Shown piece after piece: positions 13,286 through 25,214 of a stretch of DNA of 64,000 nucleotides. Positions within the stretch are counted from its first letter, which is position 1, and the number at the start of each line of letters is the position of its first letter. Under the pieces are notes generated by a model. It was not told where the DNA came from. It worked only from the letters and a program-made list of their open reading frames with translations, and made no database searches. This DNA is from Tubiluchus corallicola (lineage: Eukaryota; Animalia; Priapulida): assembly GCA_030141605.1 (NCBI GenBank), contig JAQGDQ010000309.1, positions 186,001 to 250,000 on the forward strand. The letters run 5' to 3'. A program made the position numbers and the translations under genes.

Positions 13286-13636
13286 TTTAAGATCGGGTCC
13301 GGTTTTCCTTTAAACAACACTAATTCCTGGTCGTATGTAATTTATTAAATAAAACTTCTTGCAAAAAATAATCAAACATTGTGGGTGTGGTATGGGCATA
13401 TAATGGAAAAGGTCACGTGACACCTCAACATTCAAATCTTTGAATCAGGCTGTAACTGCCTCTCAATTCTTTGATGTAGCTATTTTTCCATCCAAGCTTT
13501 TAAATCTTTCTTTTCTTTTTCCAATTTCTCCTCTTTCAATTGTTCATTCTGAACGTAGCCCAAGAGTCAACAAAGCACGTTTGCATAATGGCGGAATAAT
13601 TTGACTAAACAACTTGTTGAACAGCTATTGTCAGAC
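13286..13636. repeat. Inverted repeat, right arm
   Basis: TTTAAGATCGGGTCCGGTTTT...CTTGTTGAACAGCTATTGTCAGA; the adjoining 13160-13310 is also similar to 30495-30705, so it belongs to a dispersed family. Confidence 0.9.
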
Positions 13637-14426
13637 GCGTGAGTTTATTTAGATTGACAGCTTTTATTTGTTAGTTTTAGTTTAACAGTTTAAAAACTGA
13701 TCATGTAAACTGTGGTGATTTAAACTTGTGTTGCCCCCTCTTTTCTGTTATAAACAGGTTTCCTTTTGACCAGTCTTTTACCTGCACACTTACCTGTAGA
13801 TTGGAGTAACTCAGACATTGACACACTGCAGTTGCAGATTGTTTAGCGTCATACATTGACTCGTTGTTATAATCTCATAACTACACTTATAGAAGATCAC
13901 CATGTAAGTTGATTTATTAATTTCTTAAATCTTGAACTTTTGTTTATTAAAAATTTGTTTATTATAATTTGCGTAAAAGTTTGTTAAAGTTAATTAGATC
14001 AATTTGGTTTACATTTCGCCGTAAAATTGAGCAAAATTATATAAAATTATCTTATTTGTTTTCAGATTAAACGATACAAGTTACACAATTATGTTGTTGG
14101 AGATTTTTTATAAGAAGGTAGCACATAAACGGACCATAACACAATAAAACAATTCATACTGTGTTTTTTCAAGTGACACGCGGAAATATTAGACAGGAGA
14201 CGAGGCTTATTTTTATTATTATTTTTTATTTATTATTATTTATTATTTATTATTATTTATTATTTTTATGAAGCATAAACTCCCACCTGACTCTTACTGT
14301 TTCGTTTTCTCTTAAACTTTTCTCTGTTTAGATGAAAAAAAAACGCTAAAAAATTCATTTTCCGGTTTATTACATTGATTCTGATTGCAGGGCTTTACGA
14401 ATGCCAAGTGCATTAAATTCTATTAA

Positions 14427-14883
14427 CCCTTTCATACCCGTTGTATCCCGCGGGATACGAGAATATTTTCTGCTTTAAAATTAAAAATTTTTAAAACTGA
14501 CAGTTATGTGATCTGTTAATAGTTATTTTGATTTAAGCCAATAACAATAGACTAAAAATGGTGATAAAATGGCAAACTAGAAAATTTACATAGCATAAAA
14601 AACTGCGCAAGGTACAGTACTTTAGAGATGACTTTGTACAGATGAGCACAGCATGCATACTAAATGTCTTAAATACTTTAAAAAATTATCAGCAGTTGCA
14701 AAATGAAGCACATTTTATGCTTCCATTGAATCCCAATGTATCCCGTGGGATACAGGCTATATTTAGCACGTGGGCACAGGTAGAAAAAAATAATTACTAC
14801 GTGTAAACAAGATGCACATATTGAACAAAAGTACCAAACCAAAAATTTTTTCCCATTAAAAAAATAATTTGAAACTGAAAGGG
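14427..14883. mobile_element. piggyBac-type MITE, copy 1
   Basis: TTAA|CCCTTTCA ... TGAAAGGG|TTAA; 457 bp; near-identical inverted copy at 19464-19922. Confidence 0.9.
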
Positions 14884-14908
14884 TTAATAAGCCTTTCTTT
14901 CACTACAG

Positions 14909-15247
14909 CTAGGTTACTCTTGCCTCTGTTTCTGTCAATCTCCTGTGGCTTCTTTTCTTGTTCCTTCTTATCAGTATGAATCCCCACACCACTACAGCTA
15001 ACCACAGAGCGACACTTGCGCTCACTATGATACTAATCAGCATCATCTTCTTCCCTTCAAGCTCCGGTCTTGTTGTGACAGCAGAATGTTTTAGGTCCAG
15101 TGTCTCGTCTCCTATAGTTACTCGAGTTGTACAATTTTTGCCTAGTTGGCCATCTAATCTTGCATTTAACCAGTCACAGTCGACCACTCCGGTTCTGTTA
15201 TGGGCCATCTTGTCTTAAGTTTGCAAATGTAGTCTAAAAGCAATTAC
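14909..15247 (-). pseudogene. Decayed LRRCT + transmembrane terminal exon (or a 99-aa single-pass membrane ORF)
   Basis: Acceptor TTTTTTCCTAG|GTAAT resembles the LRR gene's module exons (G|GTAAT). Across two frameshifts it reads GN-LLDYICKL..DKMAHNRTGVVDC (cf. DNPLICDCQMEWTQKMNWKSSNIHC), then a stalk, TM (LISIIVSASVALWLAVVVWGFILI) and RRNKKR. Confidence 0.5.
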
Positions 15248-15821
15248 CTAGGAAAAAATTTTAAAAAGCAAAAATTCTATAAAAATGACGATAAAACACA
15301 GATTCTAGACGGATAAATGGATGAATTGATGAAAAATCATGCTTTTATTTTAGTAACAAAACAGATATTTTGCAACCCCTTACTGGTTGCTTCTTACCTA
15401 TGCTGGCCTTAGTGCAAGAGTGAAAAAACATTAATATTTAGGCCTTCCCTATACTTGTACATATTGCGCCCATGCGTTTTTATAGAAGAAAAAAAAGTGC
15501 ACATAATATAACCGGCCTAAACGAACCCAATTATACATCACACCTACCATACACCCTGGTTCATACATGCAAAACAGTGTTTTTGTATATTTATTCTGTC
15601 TTACGTTAAGATGAAGCTGCAACAGTGTTTTTCAAAATTCCAAACAGTTTATATTATTGTCCAATGTAACTATTGTTCCCAGCGCTGTATCCATTTCTTG
15701 CTTTCCAAAACTTTGTAGAAAAACTTTCCACTTCTCCATCCACTTCTCCACTTCTGCATTGAACTTTAATACATCCCTTTGCATCCAAAAACATTATTCG
15801 TTCTCGCTAGAACCTTTTTAT

Positions 15822-16228
15822 TATAGGTTTTACAAGTCGAATGTAGACATAGGAATTTCGAATGTGTTTTGGTAACTCAAATGTGACTTAGGTAAGTCAA
15901 ATGTAGACAGGAATTTCGAATGTGTCTTGGTAACTCAAATGTGACTTAGGTAAGTCAAATGTAGACATAGGACATTTGACTTGGCATGCGTCTACATTTG
16001 ATTTACCAAAAGCGCTTAAGATTTGTTGAAAATCATTGTTAACACATTTGAACTAACTAAGTCTACATTTGAGTTACCAAGACACATTTGAACTAACTAA
16101 GTCTACATTTGAGTTACCAAGACACATTTGAACTAACTAAGTCTACATTTGAGTTACCAAGACACATTTGAATTACCTAAATCTACATTTGAGTTAACGC
16201 AGGTCTTATTTGACATGTAAAACCTATA
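15822..16228. mobile_element. Foldback-like MITE built from internal tandem subrepeats
   Basis: Termini TATAGGTTTTACAAGTC / GACATGTAAAACCTATA; left-half repeats (GTCAAATGTAGAC, GGTAACTCAAATG) are mirrored by ~40-bp right-half repeats (GTCTACATTTGAGTTACCAAGACACATTTGAAC). Confidence 0.75.
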
Positions 16229-16776
16229 CTACAATTACTGAAAAACTGAACAAGCTATGATTCTACGCTTTGTACCAATCCAAACAATAATTTGAGCGCT
16301 TTCATGCATTGTCTCAAAGACCTTTATAACAATTATAACTTAGAACTGTTTGTAATGTCATTGTACAAAACGAACCAGGAAGTCTCTTCGATTTGACCTT
16401 ATTATATCATGAAAAGTATTTTCATTTTTGCAACAATGAAACTTTTGCTTAATTAGAAATTCGTTATGACGACATTAAAATAGAAAGATTAGAGAAGCAT
16501 TTGCGAGACATCTGTAAAGCGTTATACTTTATCGCTTGCGTTTGCCGGTAACAACGAATAGCTGCAAAAATAACTCGATAACGCAGGTCTGATGAACGGG
16601 CGAAAGAAACAAAGCGATTTTTTGGCAATAACGCATTCCAGTTATATAGTAAACTGTGCTTGATGGAAACAAAACGCACTAATTCGCTTTTGAAAAATCG
16701 TTGTTACGTTTGCTGTCCATAAACAGTTTTCTAAACAAGATTTCTAATGATAAGCTAAAAATCTTGATCTGCAGTT

Positions 16777-17419
16777 ATGGCATTTAAAAACAACGTGTCA
16801 AGCGGTTGTTTCCTTGGATCTTTTATGATCGCCATTTTTTACACATCGCACGTGACTCCGACGCCCAAACTGTATCCCTGCGACAGACCACCGGAACCAA
16901 GCACCTGTTCTTTTGAGGTAAAGGCTGAAGGTGATGGTTCTGGGTTGACTGAAAAATTTTGTCACATTTCGTGTGGTGTGGCTGAATCACTAACGGCAAA
17001 GTTGCTGAAGGAATTAATGGAGGCAGAGCCAAAATATCTAACCGATTTAAAAATAAAAAAGTATAACGATTCCTTTCTGCCTTCGCAGTTTTTAGAAGGA
17101 AAGATTGTTTATCAATTGACCATTAGTGATTCAAAAGTAAAAACAATTTCCGAAGATGCCTTCTATGGTGAGATTTCATCATTGACATTGAGTCATAATA
17201 GCCATTTAAAAACACTTGATCCTAAAAGTTTTTCCAGACTAACAAATCTCAAGTACTTGTCTATTAAAAACTCGAAAAAATTGGTCATACATAGTCTGGA
17301 TTTTTCAAAAAATTATAAACTTTTAAAGTTAACAATAGCAGCAACAGATACACACGTGCTACCTAAACCACTTTTTCATCCACAGATGTCACCTAGTGAT
17401 GTTCACTTGTATATGTATG
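16777..17419 (+). CDS. Secreted 4x LRR-module protein, coding exon 1 (signal peptide, LRRNT, LRR module 1)
   Basis: ATG 16777; Cys cap CDRPPEPSTC...CHISCG; LRRs LTLSHNSHLKTLDPKSFSRLTNLKYLSIKN. Donor TATG|GTAAGT, 643 nt, phase 1. A CAG acceptor at 16774 suggests an upstream non-coding exon. Confidence 0.85.
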
Positions 17420-18149
17420 GTAAGTACCTGAAAACGGGATCTTGGTACATCAACTTTTATAAAGCTTATTAATCATGCACCTGTATGTTTTTATATATGG
17501 CGGCTTGATGTTTGACTACCAAGGTTAATTTAAAAATGAAAAGTTTCCGTACAAAACTATGCTACTTAACATTAAACTTACCTGTTTGAGGGTCTTATGC
17601 AAAAGGGGAGAATTTAAAATTTGCACCTCCTTGTGAAACAGCACTGTATCGCCATCCCAATTTGCAGCACAAAATCATCAAACACTAGTGATCGTTTACC
17701 AATATAAAGTATCTTGTATTTTTGCCTAGTTAGTGAAGAATGCGCTTTGAATATTTTTTCAAACTATACGCAATGTTATCAAATCTTTTTTTTAAAAAAA
17801 AATTAACATGGCTGCGGCTAACGGTCATTGTTTAAATTTACAAGTTTTCTGCAACGCTGCTACTATCGCAAGCTCTTTGCGCAATAAGACGGCATGTCAG
17901 TGATACAAAATTTCAGTACGAATTCATCGAAGTTCATTTACGAAAAGTGTTGCATTACGCTTTAATGCAAAACAAACAATTTCAGTTATCTGTATTGCGT
18001 AGTAGCTATTAAAGACGGAAAAGAACCACGTTTACGTGGTGAAAAACTGTGAAGACGTAGTTTTTGGAATAGATTTGCAATAAGTCTCTTCCGTTAAAAA
18101 ATAGCCACCAAAGATCCAGTTAGCAAAACATACCTTTTTGACTAAAATG

Positions 18150-18635
18150 CAGGCTGCATAAGATTATGGATATCCATAAAATAAGACCAAAAATCCATAA
18201 AATAAAATTTTGAAAAATCCATAAAATAAGAAATGCATAAAATAAAAAAATATTTTTTTTGTGATTTTTTTGTACAAAATAAGGCAATCAAAACTGAATA
18301 CAGGCATCGGATCGGAAACTTCAGCCTAGAGGGCATTCTACATTCGTACCAAATAGATGAATTATTTGAACTGAAGTGATGAATTACAAGGCACTGTCTC
18401 GTAACATTTGATTAAATTTGAAGTGATATGAAACCGATAAAATTAAAAGTCCTGCATGTTTAAAAACACTTTTCAAGCACTCCTGTTTTTACTTTTTAAT
18501 TGATTTCCCCCTGGGCATCTCGTTCCAGATATAGTCTATTTCTTATTTTACTGATATCCATAAAATAAAATTTCAAAAATCCATAAAATAAGCTATCTTA
18601 TTTATTTTATCATATCCATAATCTTATGCACCCTG
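18150..18635. mobile_element. hAT MITE, 23 nt upstream of LRR exon 2
   Basis: TIRs CAGGCTGCATAAGATTATGGATAT ... ATATCCATAATCTTATGCACCCTG; perfect 8-bp TSD CTAAAATG (18142-18149 / 18636-18643). Confidence 0.92.
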
Positions 18636-18658
18636 CTAAAATGACAAAACTGTTTCAG

Positions 18659-19369
18659 ATAATCCCCTTATTTGCGACTGCCAAATGGAATGGACCCAAA
18701 AAATGAACTGGAAAAGTTCAAACATACATTGCAAGAAACCGCCGAAGGATATTACCATTTCTGATTTTGACCACTGTCCCGAGACAAGCAGGCGAACAAC
18801 AGCGTCTTCCACTCCAATGTACGAAACTACTTCTCAACAAATACCTAAGGTGGAGTGTGATTCCTTGCAAGGCATATGCGAAATCGTAAACAGAGCTCCA
18901 TGCAGAGTCTTCTGTGGTAAAGATAAGACCAATCTTACCGCAATTCACCTGATCTCTATAGAAAATGCTTTGCCCAGTTATGTGGACCATTTTGAACTGT
19001 GGAACTATGCAGATGATTACTTTCCAGAACACTTCTTACAGAAAAAATCATTCGGAGTTTTCCGTATAAACCAATCATCAATCTTGGAAAAGTTGAAAGC
19101 ATTTTTTATTTATGCAAATGTTACATCATCCATATGGCTTATAAACAACAGAAACCTTCATGAGATTCATCCGAAAGCATTTGGTCAGATGCGGTATGTC
19201 AAAGATATTCACATTTTCGGTTCTGGAAAATTGACAGATTTGATTCTGGACCTGACAAGTAATCAGAGGATTATTAATATTGCGGTAAGACGAACAGGAC
19301 TAAGGCACATGGATATGCCTCTGCTGAACGAGAAAAGAATGCCAGATGATTTAACAATAACATTGAAAG
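18659..19369 (+). CDS. LRR-module protein exon 2 (LRRCT1, Thr-rich linker, module 2)
   Basis: TTTCAG|AT AAT CCC CTT ATT TGC GAC TGC = DNPLICDC; donor AAAG|GTGAGG; 711 nt, phase 1-1. Confidence 0.88.
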
Positions 19370-19463
19370 GTGAGGTGTTAGTTTCATTTAATGCTAAAAT
19401 AATATTGTGGTAATTGAATTAAACTAGAAATTAAATTCCTGCTTTACTACAGCAGTTTATTAA

Positions 19464-19922
19464 CCCTTTCAGTCCCAAATTATTTTTTAATAAGAAAATA
19501 TTTTTTTGATTTGGTACTTCTGTTCAGTATGTCCATCTTGTTTACACGTAATAATTATTTTTTTCTACCTGTGCCCGCGTGCTAAATATAGGCTGTATTC
19601 CACGGGATACGTTGGGATTCAATGGAAGCATAAAATGTGCTTCATTTTGCAACTGCTAATAATTTTTTAAAGTATTTAAGGCATTTAGTATGCACGCTAT
19701 GCTAATCTGTACAATGTCATCTCTAAAGTACTGTACCTTACACAGTTTTCTATGCTATGTAGATTTTCTAGTTTGCCATTTTATCACCATTTTTAGTCTA
19801 TTGTTATTGGCTTAAATCAAAATAACTATTAACAGATCAAATAACTGTGAGCTTTAAATTTTATAAATTTTAAAGGCAGAAAATATTCTCGTATCCCACG
19901 GGATACAAGGGGTATGAAAGGG
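19464..19922. mobile_element. piggyBac-type MITE, copy 2 (inverted relative to copy 1)
   Basis: TTAA|CCCTTTCA ... TGAAAGGG|TTAA; reverse complement of 14427-14883. Confidence 0.9.
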
Positions 19923-20638
19923 TTAATTAAGCCTTCGCTTTACAATACAATAGAATTTATCATTAAATGATTAACCAGCCAACTTACTTTGCAAATGTAT
20001 TTTTAATATTATTGTCTTTATTGAAATATTGTATTTGCTCGTGTACGTAAGTTTAATTCACCATTTGCTGATTGTGATAATCGTTAGTTGTGAATCCCAT
20101 TATTCTTTTATTAAGACTTTCACTCAGCACCGTGGAGATACCTGTATCAGACGCAGTAAATCAACTATAAATAAATAAAGTTTGAACTGAAATAAAATTT
20201 CTGTTTTAAAACAGTAATATTTGACACAGGCATGTGTTATAGTCGTACATTTTCATTTGTTTAATAATACTAATAATTAATCACACAAGCAAGCAATGAT
20301 ATAGTCTCAGATGTTTGCAAAACATGATGAGGTGCCTGGAAAAAAGATCTTGTGTTCGAGTCCCTGTGGAACTGGTTTTCTAACTAGCAGTGATGCCATA
20401 TCTTTAGAAAGTGGTTGCTGGAGCACCTTCCTGCCATTGTGAAGGTCTTGTTCCACAGGAATGTGAATATTTCCTTTTCTAGATCAAATAATTTGATAGA
20501 TATAGTGAAATTAAAACTTTTTGGTGTTTTTTCTATTTATATGAGCTAGTGAAAAAGCTGCGCTTGTTTTGTTTCAGTTTCATTTTTAAACATATGATGT
20601 TACTGACTAGTCTGAATGATAATACTATTAATCCACTA

Positions 20639-21027
20639 TGTGAAAGTCATGTTTAAAGTTGTAGATCACTCACTTTGTAGAACAAAAATAAAAAACTATA
20701 CTGCATATTTGCACAGAAAAGTGTTTATTAAACGACATACACATAAGTAGAATGACTGCTGCACTGAACACTGTGAATGTGAGTGTACTGCACTGAACAC
20801 TGAGAGTTAGACAGTGACTAGAAAGTAAAACCAGTCAGTATATATAGGTATAGGTGACTATGCAGACTTGCACAGGCTTCACAAAACCATTACTTCAAAT
20901 TAGGGAGAGATCCAGTGAATATGCATTCACTGGACCGTACAATTATACTGGGGGTAAGTAGCTGGTAGAGTAAAAGGATTAGTTCATAGATGGCAGCACC
21001 TAAAAATGTACAATTACAACTTCCACA
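20639..21027 (-). mobile_element. Solo LTR, copy 1
   Basis: TGTGAAAG...CTTCCACA termini (TG..CA, short inverted ends), 5-bp TSD CACTA on both sides; minus-strand TATATA followed by AATAAA suggests orientation. Confidence 0.85.
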
Positions 21028-21089
21028 CACTAATTTGTTGTTAATCCACTCACGGATAATTCACTAATTTGGCGTTCGTCTATTTACAG

Positions 21090-21752
21090 GTAATAAATTG
21101 TACTGCGACTGCAATATGGAGTGGACAAAAGCCAAAAACTGGAAAAAATCGATAATCGACTGCGAAGTTCCACCCATGAATCACACAGAAACAGAAATAC
21201 AAATTGGAGACTTCGTTGAATGCCAGCAATCTGGCTGCGGAGTCGTCCATCCCGCGTGCAAGGTTGTTGTTAATGATACCAAGGGCTGCTTTGTCGCGTG
21301 CGGATTTGCGGAAAAACTAGATACTGCTGGATTGAGTTCGATATCGAAATCACTTCCCTACTGGACTCGACACCTCTTCATTGCCAAATATCAGGAGAAA
21401 AGATTGCCCAAATATTTCTTACACGGGAAAAAATTAGATATATTGCAAATAGTAGATTCCCAGATAGAAGAAGTTTCAGAATCTTCAATTCATGGAACTA
21501 TTGAGACAGCGATAAGGTTAAAACGCCTCCTCAAGTTAAAATCCATTTCTCCTAAAGCATTTTGGAGACACCACACTGTAGATAAAATCATTATACGTAC
21601 CTGCCCAATCCTAAAAACATTGAGTCTAGATTTGTCTAACAACATGGAGATAAGTGTAATAGATGTTGAGAAGGCGGTTGGTTTGCAACGCATGGATATG
21701 CCAAAACTGCATCAAGAGCGATCACCTAGGAGTATATCATTAGAAGTATCAG
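21090..21752 (+). CDS. LRR-module protein exon 3 (LRRCT2, module 3)
   Basis: TTTACAG|GT AAT AAA TTG TAC TGC GAC TGC = GNKLYCDC; donor TCAG|GTACGT; 663 nt, phase 1-1. Confidence 0.88.
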
Positions 21753-23424
21753 GTACGTACATTTTTGCATATTAAAGCACCCGAAAACCCTCAACTTACA
21801 TAAAGCCTAAAAAATACGTTGAACATTAGTATTCCAGTTAGGTCACTATTTACAAATGAACGACGGCAACCAGTAAAATTATTAGGTTGGTTGTACAGTG
21901 GTAGTACGTGTGTGAGCGATGTGTGTAGCTGTTTATGGACGTTTGAGTAATGGCAAAGCTATAAGACTTGGATTAGGAAATAACACTTTATTAAGTAACA
22001 TCACAATATAATAAATGTATAGCAATGCCAAAAGCCCCTGATCTACGGGACGTCCTATTCATGAGTGCCTAGTCTAACCAAAAGCCCTGCAGCGGGTTGG
22101 TTTCACGGCATCCCTGCCAGCTGCGTGCGCAGTCTTACAAATGGGCAGTCACGTGACACCGCGCTTTAATTTCCTTATTTGGGAGTCTGTTAAATGGGCA
22201 GTCACGTGACACCGCGCCTTAATTTCCTTATTTAGGTTTGGCTTCATGAATGCTCTTCTTAGCATAATTATCTGACATTTAACATATTTTAACAGGTTCT
22301 CTTTACTCAACCACCACGCCTGAAAATTTATGTAAGCTGCAAAAGAGTGAATTAGTTTAAGCAGCACACACTTACGGAAAAGTCGTGAAGTCTTCCAGTT
22401 GCGTCATTATTTACAAATGAATGACGACAACCACCCACGCCTGAAAATTTGTATTCAGTGGTAGTATATTTTAAATTTATGCTTTATAGACAGTTCTTGG
22501 CAAATTTTTTTGTTGTATTTTTCTAAGTTTAAGCGATAACAATAAAATAAAGCCAAATACTGCGTGACTTGTTCTTTCTTTTAAGTATCAGTAATGCACA
22601 AGTGACAGAAAAAAAGTTCACACAGTTCTGCAACTGAATATGCCTTACCATGTGAAATTAATATTGTACAAAATATTTTTCTGTAAGAACTCATTAAAAT
22701 ATTTTTGAATCACATTAATATTGTTTAAATTATAAAATTATAATATATATATATAAATTATATTATAACTTTGATAATAAGCAAAGCATTCTAGTTCACA
22801 AATATTACTGTGAGTGACACCATCATCTCCACAAACTTCCTGGAATTCAAAATCGCAGTAAAGAAAGTTCTCTCTTATGTCTTCATCTGTAACAGAAAAT
22901 GCTAGACTTAGTTGTGGAATGTTTCAAATACTTTCTTAGACATAATTATTTAAACTACAATATATCAAGTGCTTAACTAACACAATTTACAAAACAACAA
23001 TAATTGCAAATATTAAAAAATAAAACTCTCCCACCTAGAAGAATACAAACAAACAAACTGAACAAAATTTGACAAATGTGTAAACAAATAGAATTATGAA
23101 CACTCACGTTGATGTCCTTTTGCACCTCAATGATAACAGAGTGCTTAGCAACGAAAGTTAAGCAATGTTTCGTCCGGTAGTATCAGTATGATTTCTGAAT
23201 GGCCCCATCTACCACACTGCCCCAACTATTTATTCCACCACATTATCATAAGAATTTTAGAATCCTCATTGAAGTAGAATAATTGAAGTAGTAATTAATG
23301 AAGAATCTTCTAATTGATCCAGAGCTCGGCCCTTGATCGCGCTGGAGAAACTTACTGTACTCACCCAGATCCACTACATGTTTTTTACTCTGTTCAGGGG
23401 CGTATTTAACCAATAGGCTATAGC

Positions 23425-23726
23425 TTACAGCAGATCGAAGCAACTGCAAATCTGCCATCAACAGATTTAGGACAGCCATCAACAGAGCGGAAAAAACGAG
23501 GGAGAAGAAACAAGAGGATAAAAGGACTCGCAGGCATCAGAAAGATGCCCTACCTCACCCGGATGAAACAGCCTTCCAATGTGCAACCTGCAGCCGGAAC
23601 TGCCGTTCAAGGATCGGACTGCTCAGTCACAGTCGACGCTGCAGCTCCATCAATTTGATCAATAACTGACTCTCTTGGCGCGCAATCGATTGTCTTTCGA
23701 GACAGAAGGATGCCAACAACAACAAC
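23425..23726 (+). mobile_element. 5'-truncated RTE-clade (BovB-like) LINE 3' end
   Basis: Reads ADRSNCKSAI...FQCATCSRNCRSRIGLLSHSRRC* (RTE ORF2 C-terminal Cys/His motif), short 3' UTR, (CAA)n tail, TSD TAGGCTATAGC (23414-23424 / 23727-23737). Appears inserted into a CAGGGGCGTA-type DNA element starting at 23395. Confidence 0.85.
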
Positions 23727-24189
23727 TAGGCTATAGCCTAGGGCGCCAAAGTTTGAGTAGCGTCACATTTTAGAAAAAATTCTTATTTGCTTCGGAAAAT
23801 GTGTATACATGTACTTTCATATTCATGTAAAGGGCATAGGCTGTAATAGCACACCACAGGCAGTTACTTTGCCGAACTTGTATATAAGTGGAAGATAACG
23901 AAAAGGTGTTAGGCATGCTTGAATATAAGCGCTATGTAAATACATGTAATGAGTAATGACCACGTAAAAACTAGGTTATTAGTGTTTCTAATACACCACA
24001 AGTACTTGTCTCATGTGTCGTTATATAAACAACCATAAATTCACAATGCAGACGGACAAGACAGAACTATCAGCCTAGGGTGTCGTAGTATTGATACGCC
24101 AATGACTGATGGCCATGAGACTTTTTACCTAAACACACATAAGTACGGGGGCCAGACGATCCTATATGCTAGTTTAGAGCACACCTTGT

Positions 24190-24490
24190 TACCCCCTCAA
24201 CCTGTAATTAGTAACATTTGGTAAAAAATGGTTTCTAACTTCGCAATCCCATCTACCGGTCTCAATTCTTAAGTGATGTGCTTGTATTCCTTGTAAACCA
24301 TACTTTTGGAAGAGTTCAAAACTCTTTCCTTTAATATATTTGTGTTGCTGTGCACAGTAAGACAAGGTGGTAAGTTTCTCAAGCATTTTGCCAAGTCACT
24401 GTTACACTGCCTCGCTATTTCACATGCTTCGAACAATGTCTGATGTTTCTCACCTTCCTCCACAGATGCATTTTTCACAGATGCACAGAC
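24190..24490 (-). mobile_element. Highly decayed LINE C-terminal remnant
   Basis: Fragments HHLRIETGRW and VEEGEKHQTLFEAC in different frames resemble non-LTR ORF2 C-termini. Confidence 0.3.
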
Positions 24491-24704
24491 AGGTTTCCAA
24501 CAGCACTAAATCGTTATATCGCACGTTTAACAGACAGTAAAGATTTGATGAGTTTAGAGCACTCTTGAACCACCATGCTTATGCTTATAAACCTGTCAAT
24601 ATAATAGTGTACATTCTGTCCAGGACTTTGCATAATGAATATGTAATTGAAGGTTTCACAATATGATATTAATGAAATGTTGTATTCGCGACTAACAACA
24701 TAAT

Positions 24705-25118
24705 TGTGAAAGTCATGTATGAGGTTGTAGTTGAACACTTTGTAGAAAAAGAATAAAACACTATACCACATAGCTTCACAAAACTGAAAACGTTAGACTA
24801 AATACACATGAGTAAAATGAAGATCACGACTGCTGCACTGCACTGAGAGTGTGAGTTAGACAGTGTGTAGCACGACTGCACTGCACTGAGAACGTGACAG
24901 AGAGTGACTAGAAGTGAAATCCAGTCAGTATATATAGGTAGAGGTAATTATGCAAACTTGGCTTCACAAATACCATTACAGTAAAATAGGGGGAGATCCA
25001 GTGAGTATGCATATTCACTAGACCGAACAATTATACTAGGGGTGAGTTTGGCTAGTAAATGTAAAGTGATTAGTCAATAGATGGCAGCACCTAAATATAT
25101 ACAGTTACAACTTCCACA
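24705..25118 (-). mobile_element. Solo LTR, copy 2 (same family as 20639-21027)
   Basis: TGTGAAAG...CTTCCACA termini, 5-bp TSD ATAAT on both sides; colinear similarity to copy 1. Confidence 0.85.
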
Positions 25119-25214
25119 ATAATGTATATACAAATGGAAATAGCACCTCTTACCCTCTTATATTACATGTAATGCAATCACTATTTGTGAATAAAGGTGA
25201 TATATTTTTTACAG

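Noticed and set aside
14884-19463. Invertible switch joining LRR exons to the TM exon
   Set aside because: The TM exon and exons 1-2 are inside the same MITE-flanked segment, so inversion keeps them on opposite strands.
21919-22370. Possible third solo LTR (TG...CA ends, internal ~54-bp duplication)
   Set aside because: No target-site duplication and no second copy in the window.
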